Positions 1 to 11,894 of a stretch of 64,000 nt of DNA are shown here, in pieces. The stretch is taken from NCBI RefSeq assembly GCF_001194135.2, contig NC_068982.1, positions 97,433,425 to 97,497,424 of the forward strand. The letters run 5' to 3'. Every line of letters starts with the position of its first letter. Positions within the stretch are counted from its first letter, which is position 1. The notes below the pieces were generated by a model. It did not search any database. It had not been told where the DNA came from and saw nothing but the letters and a program-made list of their open reading frames with translations. Source of the DNA: Octopus bimaculoides. Its lineage: Eukaryota. The position numbers and the translations under genes were made by a program.

Positions 1-39
<39 letters not shown>

Positions 40-41
40 CG

Positions 42-81
<40 letters not shown>

Positions 82-1153
82 ATGGTTACAAATATGTGTA
101 TAAAGTACGCTCGCATGAAAATGTTTATATGTACACGCATGTGCATACACGCATACACATTCATATACCTACGCGTATACTTACGCACTCATACATATAT
201 ATACTAACAATTATACGTAACACATTTTTTCGTAAAGCTTTTTACACCTTTATACACATACATGTTACACGTACATATACATATGCATACATATATAATC
301 AAGAATTACATGTACGAAATAATACATACATACGTACATTTGCAAACCATAATTCTCTCACTCCTAATGAATATGGGTATCGATCAACTAAAGTCAAAAC
401 AATTTGATTGGTTAAATATTTTAAAATAGAAAGCGTTCCTGCATCATTGAATTAAATAGATCTAACAGAAAACAAAGATACTTTGTTTATAAAATTGAAA
501 AGACTCTTATATCCCTGAAAATGATATTATTTAGGGGATAGTCGCTTGTGACATCAAAATAGTTTAAAAGGTAAAATTGAATTAATATACCAATATTAGC
601 AACAAAATAATATTCAGTCTGATGAAATGATTTCAAAACACATCTAATAACCTAACGGTATATCTTTTCTACCTCTCTGATGAGATTTTGCCTTATACAC
701 TGATTTAATTATTGTAATTTAATATTCAGGCAAAATTTAAACAGCTGTAAGAGAATATGTTGGATTTTTGCAGTTAATAAATTACATTAATGCTACATCT
801 CCATTTTCTGAATTTTCTTTATATATATACATATACTCTAAATGATTAATACGGAAGACAGAGTATGCTGGAAGCTTTATTTAGGACAACGATCGTCTTG
901 GCTTACTTCTGTTTCCAGTAAACTCTGTTTTCTGTATTAATCATTTTGAATACACTCAACGTGCACCGAGGAATTTCTTCTGTGCATCCAGCAATTAAAG
1001 TGCATTACCCCGGTTAACTCCTGGTAGTTGCAAGCAGTGAATGTGCTTTGCAGGTACACTACAAGAGACATTTCCATAAGAAGGTTTGGATACCACATCG
1101 TAAATTCTCCTACCTAAACTTTAATTTTAAATACAGCTTATATAAAATATATA

Positions 1154-1678
1154 TTAAGTGATTGAAAAGTAACTCCCTAATTTAAAATATTTATAAATTA
1201 TTTATTAATTGTAATTTTTACAAAAAAATGGATATTAGAGGAAAGCCTTTTTTCTTTGTCACGAGACCAGTTTTATCTAAAATTCGACATGGGCTTCAGA
1301 AATCGCCACCAGCTTCTTGAGTCGCCCAAGAATTGCGTCAAATGATTTCACCAGGAATTCTTGTGGGGTGGAAGATATAGCTTCTCGTATTCGACCGTCA
1401 AGTTCTTCCAAAATCTTTGGTTTGGTACAGTAGACTCTTGCCTTTAACCAACCCCACAGAAAGAAGTCACAGGGTGTTAAGTCGGTATTCCTGGTTGACC
1501 ACTCATGCGAACCACGGCGACACATCCATCTCCCGGGGAAATTGGTATTCAGCCATTACAAATTACAGACTAAATTCTCATACTACAGAAAACGAAAAAA
1601 AAAAAATGTGAGAAAAAAATTAGAATTAAAAAATAATTTATAAGTATTTTAAAATAGGGAGTTACTTTTCAATCACCC

Positions 1679-1680
<2 letters not shown>
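1154..1680 (-). mobile_element. Internally deleted Tc1/mariner DNA transposon (non-autonomous)
   Basis: Inverted termini: GTGATTGAAAAGTAACTCCCTAATTTAAAATATTTATAAATTA from 1158 matches the reverse complement of ~1635-1676. TA flanks at 1152-1153 and 1681-1682. Minus-strand ORF 1277-1525 gives FPGRWMCRRGSHEWSTRNTDLTPCDFFLWGWLKARVYCTKP..LEEL, the typical mariner C-terminal WPxRSPDLTPxDFFLWG block. Confidence 0.85.
1277..1540 (-). pseudogene. Mariner transposase C-terminal fragment
   Basis: DLTPCDFFLWGWLK motif (third catalytic Asp region). The N-terminus and most of the catalytic domain are missing. Confidence 0.8.
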
Positions 1681-1741
<61 letters not shown>

Positions 1742-2065
1742 NNNNNNNNNNNNNNNNNNNNNNNNNNNNNNNNNNNNNNNNNNNNNNNNNNNNNNNNNNN
1801 NNNNNNNNNNNNNNNNNNNNNNNNNNNNNNNNNNNNNNNNNNNNNNNNNNNNNNNNNNNNNNNNNNNNNNNNNNNNNNNNNNNNNNNNNNNNNNNNNNNN
1901 NNNNNNNNNNNNNNNNNNNNNNNNNNNNNNNNNNNNNNNNNNNNNNNNNNNNNNNNNNNNNNNNNNNNNNNNNNNNNNNNNNNNNNNNNNNNNNNNNNNN
2001 NNNNNNNNNNNNNNNNNNNNNNNNNNNNNNNNNNNNNNNNNNNNNNNNNNNNNNNNNNNNNNNNN
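1742..2065. other. Assembly gap (N-run)
   Basis: N-run flanked by (TG)n. Other gaps: 11895-12834, 14268-14336, 27751-27760, 33990-34132, 46989-46998, 49215-49432, 57029-57603, most flanked by TA/TG/CA microsatellites. Confidence 0.99.
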
Positions 2066-2102
<37 letters not shown>

Positions 2103-2110
2103 TGATGTAT

Positions 2111-2142
<32 letters not shown>

Positions 2143-2724
2143 AGAAATATTCTAGAAAAGGAAAAAAGAACTTATCAAACTGTAATTTCATACATCGTTT
2201 CCTTTCGAAATGGAACTTATTAAATAGAACGTAACTTCTTATATGTCACATCAATTTCAATTTTTAAAAATTTACAAGCCCTTAATCAATTTATTGGTTA
2301 AATTCCTTTAGACATACCTTATAACTTTTCCTAACTGAAATTTTCCAGAAAACTTAATTGGAGAATTTTTTTGCTCGAAATTATCTTCACGGTGAAAGGT
2401 CTCTCACGTCTGAGTGTACAAAAACGTATCAAATATGATTGCACATGCATATATTTTATTCAAGAGTGGCTTGCGCGTATCTACTCCCCCCCCCCCACAC
2501 ACAAACGCACATACACAAACATATGTATATATATTCTTACACTCAATTCACACTCATTATAACCGCAAACACATATATATAACATACATGTGTGTACGTG
2601 TGAGTGAGTGTGCGCATGTGTGTGTGCGCATGTGTGTGCGCGCGATGTATCTGTCTCTCACCGTTTGACAACTGTTGTAGGTTTTCTCTTTTTCACGAGA
2701 CCAGTTTAAGAAGAATCAGATTTA

Positions 2725-2825
2725 ATGCAGTCAATTCGATTTGTTTGAATGAAAATACCTTCAAGTCGGTACCCCAGCATGGCCACAATCCAGCGACTGA
2801 AATATGTGAAAGAATAAAAGAAATA
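2725..2825 (+). mobile_element. 3' fragment of SINE family B, degenerate
   Basis: GTACCCCAGCATGGCCACAATCCAGCGACTGAAATATGTGAAAGAATAAAAGA resembles the 3' end of the copy at 55867-56335 (GCTCTAGCATGGCTGCAGTCAAATGA on the minus strand). Confidence 0.5.
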
Positions 2826-3044
2826 TTCGATTACTCAATGCATTAGGTGTTGTTTATATTAGTTAGGAGTCAGTTGATGATTCATTCTGCAACTAGTCAC
2901 AGATTCATGTCAACTACGTTCAATGAGGCAACATCGACATTTGTCTAAACGCTGTCTGATTGAATGTACGCTGCGTGAAACTGGGCAGCAAAGAAGTGAG
3001 TCATCAGCTAACGCACGCGCGCACACACACATGCATGCGTACAT

Positions 3045-3157
3045 ACATACATACATACATACATGCATACATACATACATACACATACCTACCTACCTAC
3101 CTACCTACCTACCTACCTACATACATACATACTTATATACATACCTATATACTGTAC

Positions 3158-3238
<81 letters not shown>
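3045..3238. repeat. Compound microsatellite (CATA)n-(CCTA)n-(TA)n-(TG)n
   Basis: Read directly from the sequence. Confidence 0.97.
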
Positions 3239-3239
<1 letters not shown>

Positions 3240-3367
3240 AATCATGTTTGATTTTTATTTGAAGTTAAATATGCAACAATTTGATATTAAACTGAAGGAT
3301 CATTCACTGCTGTATTGTGGACAACATAGTTATTCAATTTTTGAAGAAAAAACTTCACAGTATCGTC

Positions 3368-3424
3368 GAAGTTTCGGCTTGCTCGCCGTCATTAGACTGA
3401 TAACGATGAACGGGCCGAAACTTC
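3368..3424. ncRNA. Palindromic pair of degenerate minimal hammerhead-ribozyme-like cores (Penelope-type)
   Basis: GAAGTTTCGGC at 3368 pairs with GCCGAAACTTC ending 3424. Plus strand: CTGATAA(3397-3403)...GGCC-GAAAC. Minus strand: CTAATGA-CGGC-GAGCAA-GCC-GAAAC. Each core has one substitution in CUGANGA. Confidence 0.45.
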
Positions 3425-3471
3425 AAAAGTAGTGCCATTTCCTAGAAATTTTTAAAATCTATCTATCTTAA

Positions 3472-3515
<44 letters not shown>

Positions 3516-3733
3516 AAAAGTATTCTAAAATATGGATTCAGAGAATCATGTACCCATCAAAGTAAGTTTGTTCTTCACACCCACACATACAAGCATACAC
3601 ACACACATACCTATACACGTGTATACTGTCCGTATGGGAAGTATGAATATCGCATCAGACAACCGACTGTTTCCACTTTTAGATACTGAAGTTCTGTGCT
3701 AAATACAAATACCTGCATAAGAGACCTCAATAA

Positions 3734-3807
<74 letters not shown>

Positions 3808-4514
3808 GTCTGTCTGTCTGTCTGTCTGTAATGTACTTAATGTCACCGAAAACAGGGAGTAGAAAATCTATGACGTGCATACGTATTATTTCGACACTTG
3901 TTTGCTGTAATATACACTTCAATAGGGCATATCAATGAATGATACACACTTCCGATCACAGAAGGTAACATACGTGACTCTACTTAACGCAGCAGTGCGT
4001 TGGATAAATAAATAGTTATACGTTTATGACATACACACATAAACACACGCACATTCAATTCCACATAATAAAATGGCGGGCTTTTGTGATGAAGTCTTGC
4101 AATGTTTCAGTGATTAGCGATTTATAGATCAATGAAAATGTTTCGTTATTATAAGACGTAGAAAACTGCAACATCGAATACTGTAACATGCAGAACATTA
4201 AAAAGAAACCTTGTTATTTTTTCTGCTTATTTTTATCTGCTTGTATATTGAATTCGTAGAACACGCATAAAATACATATATTTTTTAGCACAAGTATCTC
4301 ATTCTCAAATGTAAATGCTGTAACTGTATCCACATGTATTTATGTATCTCAGCCTCTTCCTTTTCTCTTTTGTTTTCCTTTATATTCTCCCCACACCATA
4401 CACACATCAAATTTTTACCTGCATAAGTATTCGTATTTACAAAGTTAGTAGTGACTCTTGCCATATCTGACCTGCGACGTTTTTATTAAATGTTCTGCAT
4501 TTGACATTGGTTTT

Positions 4515-4902
4515 ATACCAGGAACCCTAATTACAGTTTGAGGAAGACCCCTATTATTTGACTGGCACTATATTTTACCGACTCTGAAAAGGTGAAAGTC
4601 AAAGGTGAACTCAGTGCGTAAAAATCCGGAAGAAATTCAGCCAAGCGTTTTGTCCGACGCGCTAACGTGTCTGCCTACTTGCCGATTTTATAATAATTCT
4701 TTTTCTAATGCTAGCAATTTGAGGCGAGGGTGATAATCAATTGCATCGATTCTAGTATTTAACAGGTACTTATCTTACCGACTCCGAAAGGATGACAAGC
4801 AAATTCGACCTCGGTAGCATTTGAATTCAGAACGTGAAAGGCTGGAAGAAATTCTCCTAAGCATTTCTTCAGGCGTATTAACGATTTTGGCAGCTCGCCC
4901 CC
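4515..4902 (-). mobile_element. Two tandem degenerate copies of tRNA-derived SINE family A
   Basis: 4515-4684 and 4700-4902 align by eye to the well-preserved copy at 26205-26420 (CCGAAAGGATGA..GCAAA..CGACCTCGG..TTTGAA.TCAGAACG..TAAGCATTT..GCTCGCC). Further decayed pieces lie at ~5060-5230 and ~5790-5905. Confidence 0.7.
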
Positions 4903-6084
4903 TTACGAAGGTATTCCACGCTTAAGCAGGAACAAATGTGTAATGTTCCTGTCTTTCTCAAAGAAACTTGCAACGCAAGTGGCATAAACTAGATCGTGAA
5001 CTTAAATTAGGAACTTAATTCACCTCTACTGTGCATGCTCATTCTTATGATTACTGATGTTTAAATTAGGTGTAGGACCAATTTTTGTAAAAGAGGGGAA
5101 TCATTGATTGAATTTACTGCTGTAACGTATTTTCTTGATTCCAGAGGGATGAAAACCAAAGTTAACTTCGGCGTTACTCGAGCTCAGAACAGAGAGTAAC
5201 GTAATTAATTATTGTAATGTATTATATATCCTATCTTAGTAACCGCAGTCGCTCTGATATTAGTAAAAATATTTCACTTCTTTTCGTTAAGAATCTAGGA
5301 AGGTGTTAGCTTATTGATTTGATTTCAGTAAAGGCATTTTGAGAATACCGAAAAACCGATGCACCAATTAATGGAGACTCTTCCCGTCATAAATGCAGTG
5401 AAGCAGTGATTGGCTCGTTGGTAGCCTGTAACCAATGGCGTTATTGCTTATCAATTACGACGGAGACTAAATGAATAAATGAATAAATGAATAAATAAAT
5501 AAAACCTCGTACTTATTTTATGGACTAACAAAGGATGAAAGTCTCAGTCAACATCAACGGGATTTGACGAACTCAATTAAATATTACAAAGACAATTCTC
5601 CATTCTTTAAATTCTATAAACACAGATTTCCTTCGTAACTCGTTATCGGATTTCAACTATATATCTTTAACAATAATGGCAGTTTCTTTTGATCAATGAT
5701 ATGTGTGTGTATATGTGAGTGTGTATGTGTATGTGTGTGTGTGTGTGTGTGTGTAAGTGTATGTGTGTGTATAAGGAGTGTATAATTGAGTTACCACCAA
5801 TATATTACTGGTACTTACTTTTATCTTCTCCCAAGGGATGTAAGTTATAACTCCCACTGGCGACATTCGAACTCAGAGCAAAGAACAAAGCACCGCACTA
5901 AATAATGTTAGGTGTGTTGTATAACATACACACACACATACAAACATATATACACACATATATACACACATATATATATACACACATACACGCACACACG
6001 CATACGCGCGCGCATACACACAGAGGCAATCTCAGCTGCTCCATCAGCAATTTCTACATTATCAATGCTGTTAGTACCCATTCT

Positions 6085-6085
6085 T

Positions 6086-6134
<49 letters not shown>

Positions 6135-6170
6135 CACCACCACCACCATCACCACCACCACCATCACTAC
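6085..6170. repeat. (ACT)n grading into (ACC)n trinucleotide microsatellite
   Basis: Read directly from the sequence. Confidence 0.95.
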
Positions 6171-6551
6171 TCTTGCATTAGTAATCTTAAGTCGTACTGT
6201 CTCAACTTAAATGTCTTTATTATGCTTACACATTCGGATTACAGCAGCTGCGGCTGGAGAAGTACTTATTAACATCCACACCTCCACTACCACAACCATG
6301 ACCACCACTACCACCAATAGCCACAACAATAAGATTACCGGTAGCCGTAACAGCAACAACACTAACGTCACCAAAACCAATATTTACGACAACAAATACA
6401 AGGACAACGGTATGAGCTGTAATGATGGGAACACTAAAGGGATAACCCTGTCTACACGCTTTGACCAACTATTGCAGCTCATTCAACATAGAATACGCCA
6501 ATGGCCTTATGTATTGGTAAGTGTTTCCTTAATATTACACGAAGCCTTTAA

Positions 6552-6765
6552 GGCGGCGATTTGGCAGAATCATTAGCATACCGGGCTAAATGCTTAGCGA
6601 CATTTCGTCCATCATTACGTTTTGAGTTCAAATTCCGTCGAGGTTGGTTTTGCTTTTCAGAGTCGATGAAATAAGTGCCAGGGATGGGGACGATGTAATT
6701 GACTTACCCTCTTCTGAACCTGCTGGTCTTGTGCCAAAATTTGGAGCCAATATTAGATTGGAAAT
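6552..6765 (+). mobile_element. SINE family A copy (tRNA-like head)
   Basis: GGCGGCGATTTGGCAGAA (A-box-like) ... GAGTTCAAATTCC (B-box-like) ... GTCGATGAAATAAGTGCCAG ... GGTCTTGTGCCAAA tail. Confidence 0.8.
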
Positions 6766-6974
6766 CTTAAGAGAAGCGATGATTAACAGAACGATTGAGT
6801 ACTGGGCAGTATATTTTCAGGTATCACAGTTACGTCCCTTTAAGTTCCACGTGTAAATTGCATTGCTGTACGAAATGAGTCTTAAATAAACATATTAACT
6901 CACACACACATAACACATCGAACTGTTGTGGTATCAATACTGTGCTAATGGCTATATCATTAACGATTGTTTCT

Positions 6975-7587
6975 AATTTAGGTATACGGCCAGCAGTTTT
7001 GAAAGAGCGGTTATTTGATACTATCGAGTTCAGCACTTAACTGGTGATTTTATCTTATCGATTACAAAGGGTAAAAGGCAGTACTGCTCTTGGCGAGATT
7101 TGAACCCAGAATGTAAGGAGTCGGAAGAAGAATTACCGCAAAGCATTTTTTTTCAGACGCTCTAATGATTCTGCTAGCTCACCGCTTTGTTCATATCAAT
7201 AATAATTGTTTCCGGTTTAGGCACAGGCCAAGCAATTTTGAGGGGAAGGGGCGAGTCTACACCCTCGACCTCAGCACTAGTTTTGTACTTTACAAGACAC
7301 CGGAAGGATGTAAGGCAAAGTTGATCTCGGTAGGAACTGAACTCGAATCGTAAAGAGCTGGAATGAAATGCCAGCGAACCGCCTCGATTAATATCATTAA
7401 TAATTCTTTCTAATTTTGGCTCTTAGCCAGCAATTTTGAGGGAAAGGCAAGTCGATTATATCAACCCCGATTGTATCGAACCAGAAAGGATAACAGACAG
7501 TGAGATTTAACCTCAGAACGTAAAGAGCCGAAAGATATGCAACTAAGCATTTAGTCAAGTTAACGACTCTGCGACTCTGCAGTTCAC
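6975..7587 (-). mobile_element. Three head-to-tail degenerate SINE family A copies
   Basis: Copies at ~6975-7187, ~7205-7384 and ~7400-7587 each show the AATTTTGAGGG/GAAAG tail, a GAAGGAT-like core and the TGAACxCAGAA B-box reverse complement. Confidence 0.7.
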
Positions 7588-7594
7588 CATCCTG

Positions 7595-8234
7595 GGATCT
7601 TTTTGGTTTGACGGGCAACATTTTTCATTAATGTTTTATGTAGTGTTTTTGGTACCGAAACACTTTCAAACCTCGTATACTTGTATATTTTGTATTATAG
7701 AACAGATAAAAAAATTTTTATTCGAAGTTAATTGATGTAAAAAGTTGTCGTATTTCGGTAATTTCAACCAATCACTGACGTCTATTGAGGTGAAAACAAT
7801 TAATGGCGTAGAATGTAAACAACGGTGTCATGGGATCTTTTCCCTTGAATAAAATTAGTGCCGTTGCTTGTCAACAACAACTACCCGTGTTACTCTTATT
7901 TATGACATCGTTCGTGCGTTTGTACTGGTTTTAGCTTTAGGGTTTTAGGGTTAGGGTTCGGGTTTTAGAGTTAGGGTTAGTTTTAGGATTACGGTTAGGT
8001 TTATGATTATTGTTTATAAAAAGAGCACTAACTGTATTCAGCTGAATAGACGTCAGTGATTGGTTGAAATTACAGAAATACGACAACTTTAACATGAAAT
8101 AACTTATTAAGAACTAATTTTTGTTAAGAAGGCTAAGAGAAAAAGATGTTTTATATGACACATTCTACCAGTATCCCAAGTTTGAAAGTGTTTCGTTAAG
8201 AAAACAAGTGTTGCCCGACAAACCAAAAAGATCC
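7595..8234. mobile_element. Palindromic MITE with ~200-bp imperfect inverted arms and 8-bp TSD (Merlin-like candidate)
   Basis: Ends are GGATCTTTTTGGTTTG.. and ..CAAACCAAAAAGATCC. CCATCCTG is duplicated at 7587-7594 and 8235-8242 (alternative reading: 6-bp CATCCT with GGG termini). Arms span ~7595-7795 and ~8040-8234, with a degenerate (TTAGGG)n tract at ~7930-8003 between them. Confidence 0.85.
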
Positions 8235-8249
8235 CCATCCTGATTATAT

Positions 8250-8468
8250 CATAAATAATCCTTTCTACTAAAGGTTCAAGGCCTGAAATTTTGATGAAGA
8301 GGGCTTGTCGGTTACATCGACACCAGTATTCAACTGGTACTTATTTTAACGCCCCGATAGGATGAAAGACAAAGTCAATCTCGGTGGGATTTGAACTAAG
8401 AACATGAGGACGGACGAATACTGCTAAGTATTTCGGCCGGCGTGCTAACAATTTTGCGAGGTCACCGC
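8250..8468 (-). mobile_element. SINE family A copy
   Basis: ATAATCCTTTCTACTAAAGG..GGCCTGAAATTTTG..CAACTGGTACTT..GGATGAAAGACAAAGTC..GGGATTTGAACT..TAAGTATTTCG..GCTAAC..GTCACCGC. Confidence 0.85.
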
Positions 8469-8770
8469 TTTTTATATCATAAATATTAAAATGAAGAACG
8501 AAAAAAAAAAAAATCCGCACTTGGAATCTAAATCGCGTTTGAGAATTATTAGGTTGCCAGTGTCTCAGGGAAATGAATGAATGTCACATCATCTTTTGTT
8601 GTCTCATGTACTTTCCAGGTAAGAAATCAACGCAGGGAATTTCACTCGGTCTGCTTGAAATAGCAACCACATCGCCTTGGAACCCTACTCCATTGTCTAC
8701 AAAAATCGACAAGCTGGATAATGTGGACTTGGGTTCCATGAAGATAAGAAAAAACGGGATGGTCATGACT

Positions 8771-9009
8771 GGAATATTGTTTACATTATTAATATTTGAC
8801 GGATATTTGTCCTCATCTTGTTTGTTGTTAACACAACGTTTCGGCTGATATACCTTCCATCGAAAAATACCTTAAGAATGAGAACCCAGGATCGAAATTT
8901 CCCAAATACACCTGATAAAGGCTGGAGGGTATATCAGCCGAAACGTTGTGTTAACAACAAACAAGATGAGGACAAACATCCGTCAAATGTAAATAATGTA
9001 CATAATTCC
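8771..9009. repeat. Fold-back repeat (~88-bp arms) resembling a Penelope-type terminal repeat
   Basis: ATTTGACGGATATTTGTCCTCATCTTGTTTGTTGTTAACACAACGTTTCGGCTGATATACC (8794-8854) is nearly the perfect reverse complement of ~8928-8988. Confidence 0.85.
8908..8951 (+). ncRNA. Minimal type-I hammerhead-ribozyme-like motif (G8->A variant)
   Basis: ACAC-CTGATAA-A-GGCTG-gagggtatat-CAGCC-GAAA-CG-TT-GTGT: stem I ACAC/GTGT, stem II GGCTG/CAGCC, loop-less palindromic stem III (AACGTT), GUU cleavage triplet. Confidence 0.55.
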
Positions 9010-9502
9010 TCATCCCTTAAATATAGAACTATATGACTGGAATATTTTCGGTTATAGGTATGTTCGATCAGGGTTGATTAAGCATCGCCGCCGCCACCGT
9101 TTATTTCCCAATTTTTTTTTCAAACACAGACAGACAGATAGACATACACACGCGCGCGCGCACGCACACACAACAAATGGTAGTTTCACACAAGTACGAA
9201 ACGTAATTAAACAAAATTAAATAGTAAATAGCGATAGCTAAATTGAGATAATGATTTATCAAAGCTGAGTGTATGTGATTCCCTAATCATTGTCACTAAT
9301 CATTGTCCTTTGTTCCCGGTGTTCGGGTGACTGGTGATATAATATTTAAAGCTTCTTACCTGGATTCTTTTACTCGGATACAACCGAAAACAAATTGAAA
9401 AGAATTATAAGTTCTACATCCGGGCATATATCAATTTATAAAAGTACAGGAGTTTAACAAGAAAATTTGCATTAACCTATTTACATGCAGAAACACACAC
9501 AA

Positions 9503-9537
<35 letters not shown>

Positions 9538-10472
9538 TTCACGTGCGTATACACACATGCACATGTGTGTACACGTATGTGTGTACACGTATGCGTCTAT
9601 TTCTGCATGAGCAAAAGATATACTAAAAATTACAAATATTTGTGTGAATTACGAATATGTAATTATATGAATATAGCAGATACATAAATATATTAATATA
9701 ATACCACATGAATTCTTAATCACTTTATAAATGTGCAAAAATAAATAAATAAATATATATATATATATGTATATATGATATTTAAAAAGTGATTTAACCA
9801 TTGTTTAAAAATTGATTAAAAATTATATGGAAATTAGAAATACCTCATAAATGTTTAAATATATTAAGAATAGGGATGTGAGATTTGTATAATAATTGTT
9901 GGGTAATGGTTATACGATTACAAATAATTAGGAAAACGTGGAATGCATATTCATATATTTATTTAAATAAAAGCTTTTCATACACATGCTCATACGCATG
10001 TGCACATACACGCACATGCACTCATACACTTATAGGTATAAACGTACAAAATTATATACATATACACGTCTACACATTTAATTCATATGTATTTAGAAAA
10101 TTCGCTCAACCATCTACATGCAAGCATACATGCACATACTCCCAAATATGTGTATACGTCACACGTAATCCATATGTGTGTGTGTTTGTGTGTATGTGTG
10201 TGTGTGTGTGTGTGTTTGTGTGCATGCGTGTGTGTGTGTGTGTGTGCATGCATGCATGTCTGTGTGCGTGTGTGTGTGAGTGAGTGCATGTGTGTGTGTA
10301 TAATCCAAATAATAAGACAAAGAAATATTTTAACACATCTTTAACGATCAGTTATAATTGTTTCTGTACCAAATCTTCTTACAACGCCAGTTAATACAAA
10401 AAATTCGGGCCGTGTCCTTCATCTCGGGTTGAGTCTTTCCTCGTAAATACCCTAACTTTATACCCTACCAGG

Positions 10473-10584
<112 letters not shown>

Positions 10585-11070
10585 ATAAACACTTCGAAGC
10601 GCTCGCAATTATTTTTTATCCTTTAGGTTCAATAAAAAAATATTTACAAGTCATATGCTGTAGTTGAATTTAATGGACATTACCCGTTTTCTCGAAATAT
10701 ATGGCTCGCTGAGTCGGTAGATGAGAGCAGAATTCTATACAGGGACTTGTTAGGGCCGTTGTTGCCCTACGTTCAATACGAGACGAAGCCAACTTTTTCG
10801 TTTATTGCCTACCAGAGGCCAACATAGAAGGGACAGTACAAATGAGGGTCTGAACGACTGATGATACAACAAAAAGATGACAGTTAAAAATTAATGATTC
10901 GAATGATTACACAATACAAAAGCAATACAATGGAGTGGGGGGGACGGGTTCGACTTCGACTCCATAAGCCCCGTACCACCACTGAAACTTTTAGTTACTT
11001 TTTATGAAATACGCTCATGTAGAATCATTTATTCTCAACATTCGTATTAATTGGTATTAATTCAAGTGAA

Positions 11071-11389
11071 AGCACGTGGCTTAGCAGTTAGGGTAATCGG
11101 CTCACGACCATGAGTCTGTGAGTTCGATTCCCAGCAGTGCGTTTTGTCCTTGAGCAAAACACTTGATTCCACGTCGCTCCAGTTCACTCAGCTGGCAAAA
11201 ATGAGTTGTAAGTGTAATTCAAAGGGCTGGTCTTGTCACATTCTGTGTCATGCTGACTCTCCCTGAGAGCGTAGTTAAGGGTACACGTGTCTGTGGAATG
11301 CGCAGCCACTTGCGCGTTAATTTTACGAGCGAACTGTTCCGTTTATCGGATCAACTGGAACCCTCGTCGTCGTAACCGACGGAGTGCCA
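11071..11389 (+). mobile_element. tRNA-derived SINE family C, near full length
   Basis: Head GCACGTGGCTTAGCAGTTAGGG..GAGTTCGATTCCC, then a body ..GGGTACACGTGTCTGTGG..GGATCAACTGGAACCCTCGTCGTCGTAACCGACGGAGTGCCA shared with 34168-34489 and 41001-41383. Confidence 0.9.
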
Positions 11390-11820
11390 TTTTTTTTCAA
11401 TTGCCTGCGTCGCTATATCATCAGGATTGATCATCATGAAAACCATTTGTCTTATGATTTCATTCTCGATACTTTAACTTATAAATGCTGATAAAGGAAT
11501 TTGTCGGATTGTTATCGCCATGTATGCAAACATGATACCTAATGACTATCGGAGATCGAATTGTTGGGAAAGTAATGATTAACTAGAACATGACAGAATA
11601 GATGAGGTTCGCAGTTCAATTAATATTCCCATAAATATTAACCCTTTACCTGTCCAAAGCATTTTCATATGTTCGTCCTAAACGTCCGTACTTGTTTTCA
11701 AGCTTTTAGTTAGCTCTTGTTTCATATGTTCTGAGTAATATAAGCTCTCCTTTCATAAGTCCCAAGTTACTATGATGGTTGAAAAAAAAAAGCAAACTGG
11801 GTACATATATATATACATGT

Positions 11821-11894
<74 letters not shown>

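Noticed and set aside
619-650. CTGATGA followed by AATGATTTCAAAAC as another hammerhead; similar CTGATGA at ~10857, ~30124, ~33838, ~43602
   Set aside because: No convincing stem II plus GAAA plus NUH arrangement.
6211-6576. Thr/Asn-rich 121-aa ORF
   Set aside because: Cryptic ACC/AAC simple sequence continuous with the adjacent microsatellite; it ends inside a SINE.
7930-8003. True telomere or chromosome-fusion scar
   Set aside because: The tract is short and degenerate, and lies inside a TSD-flanked MITE.
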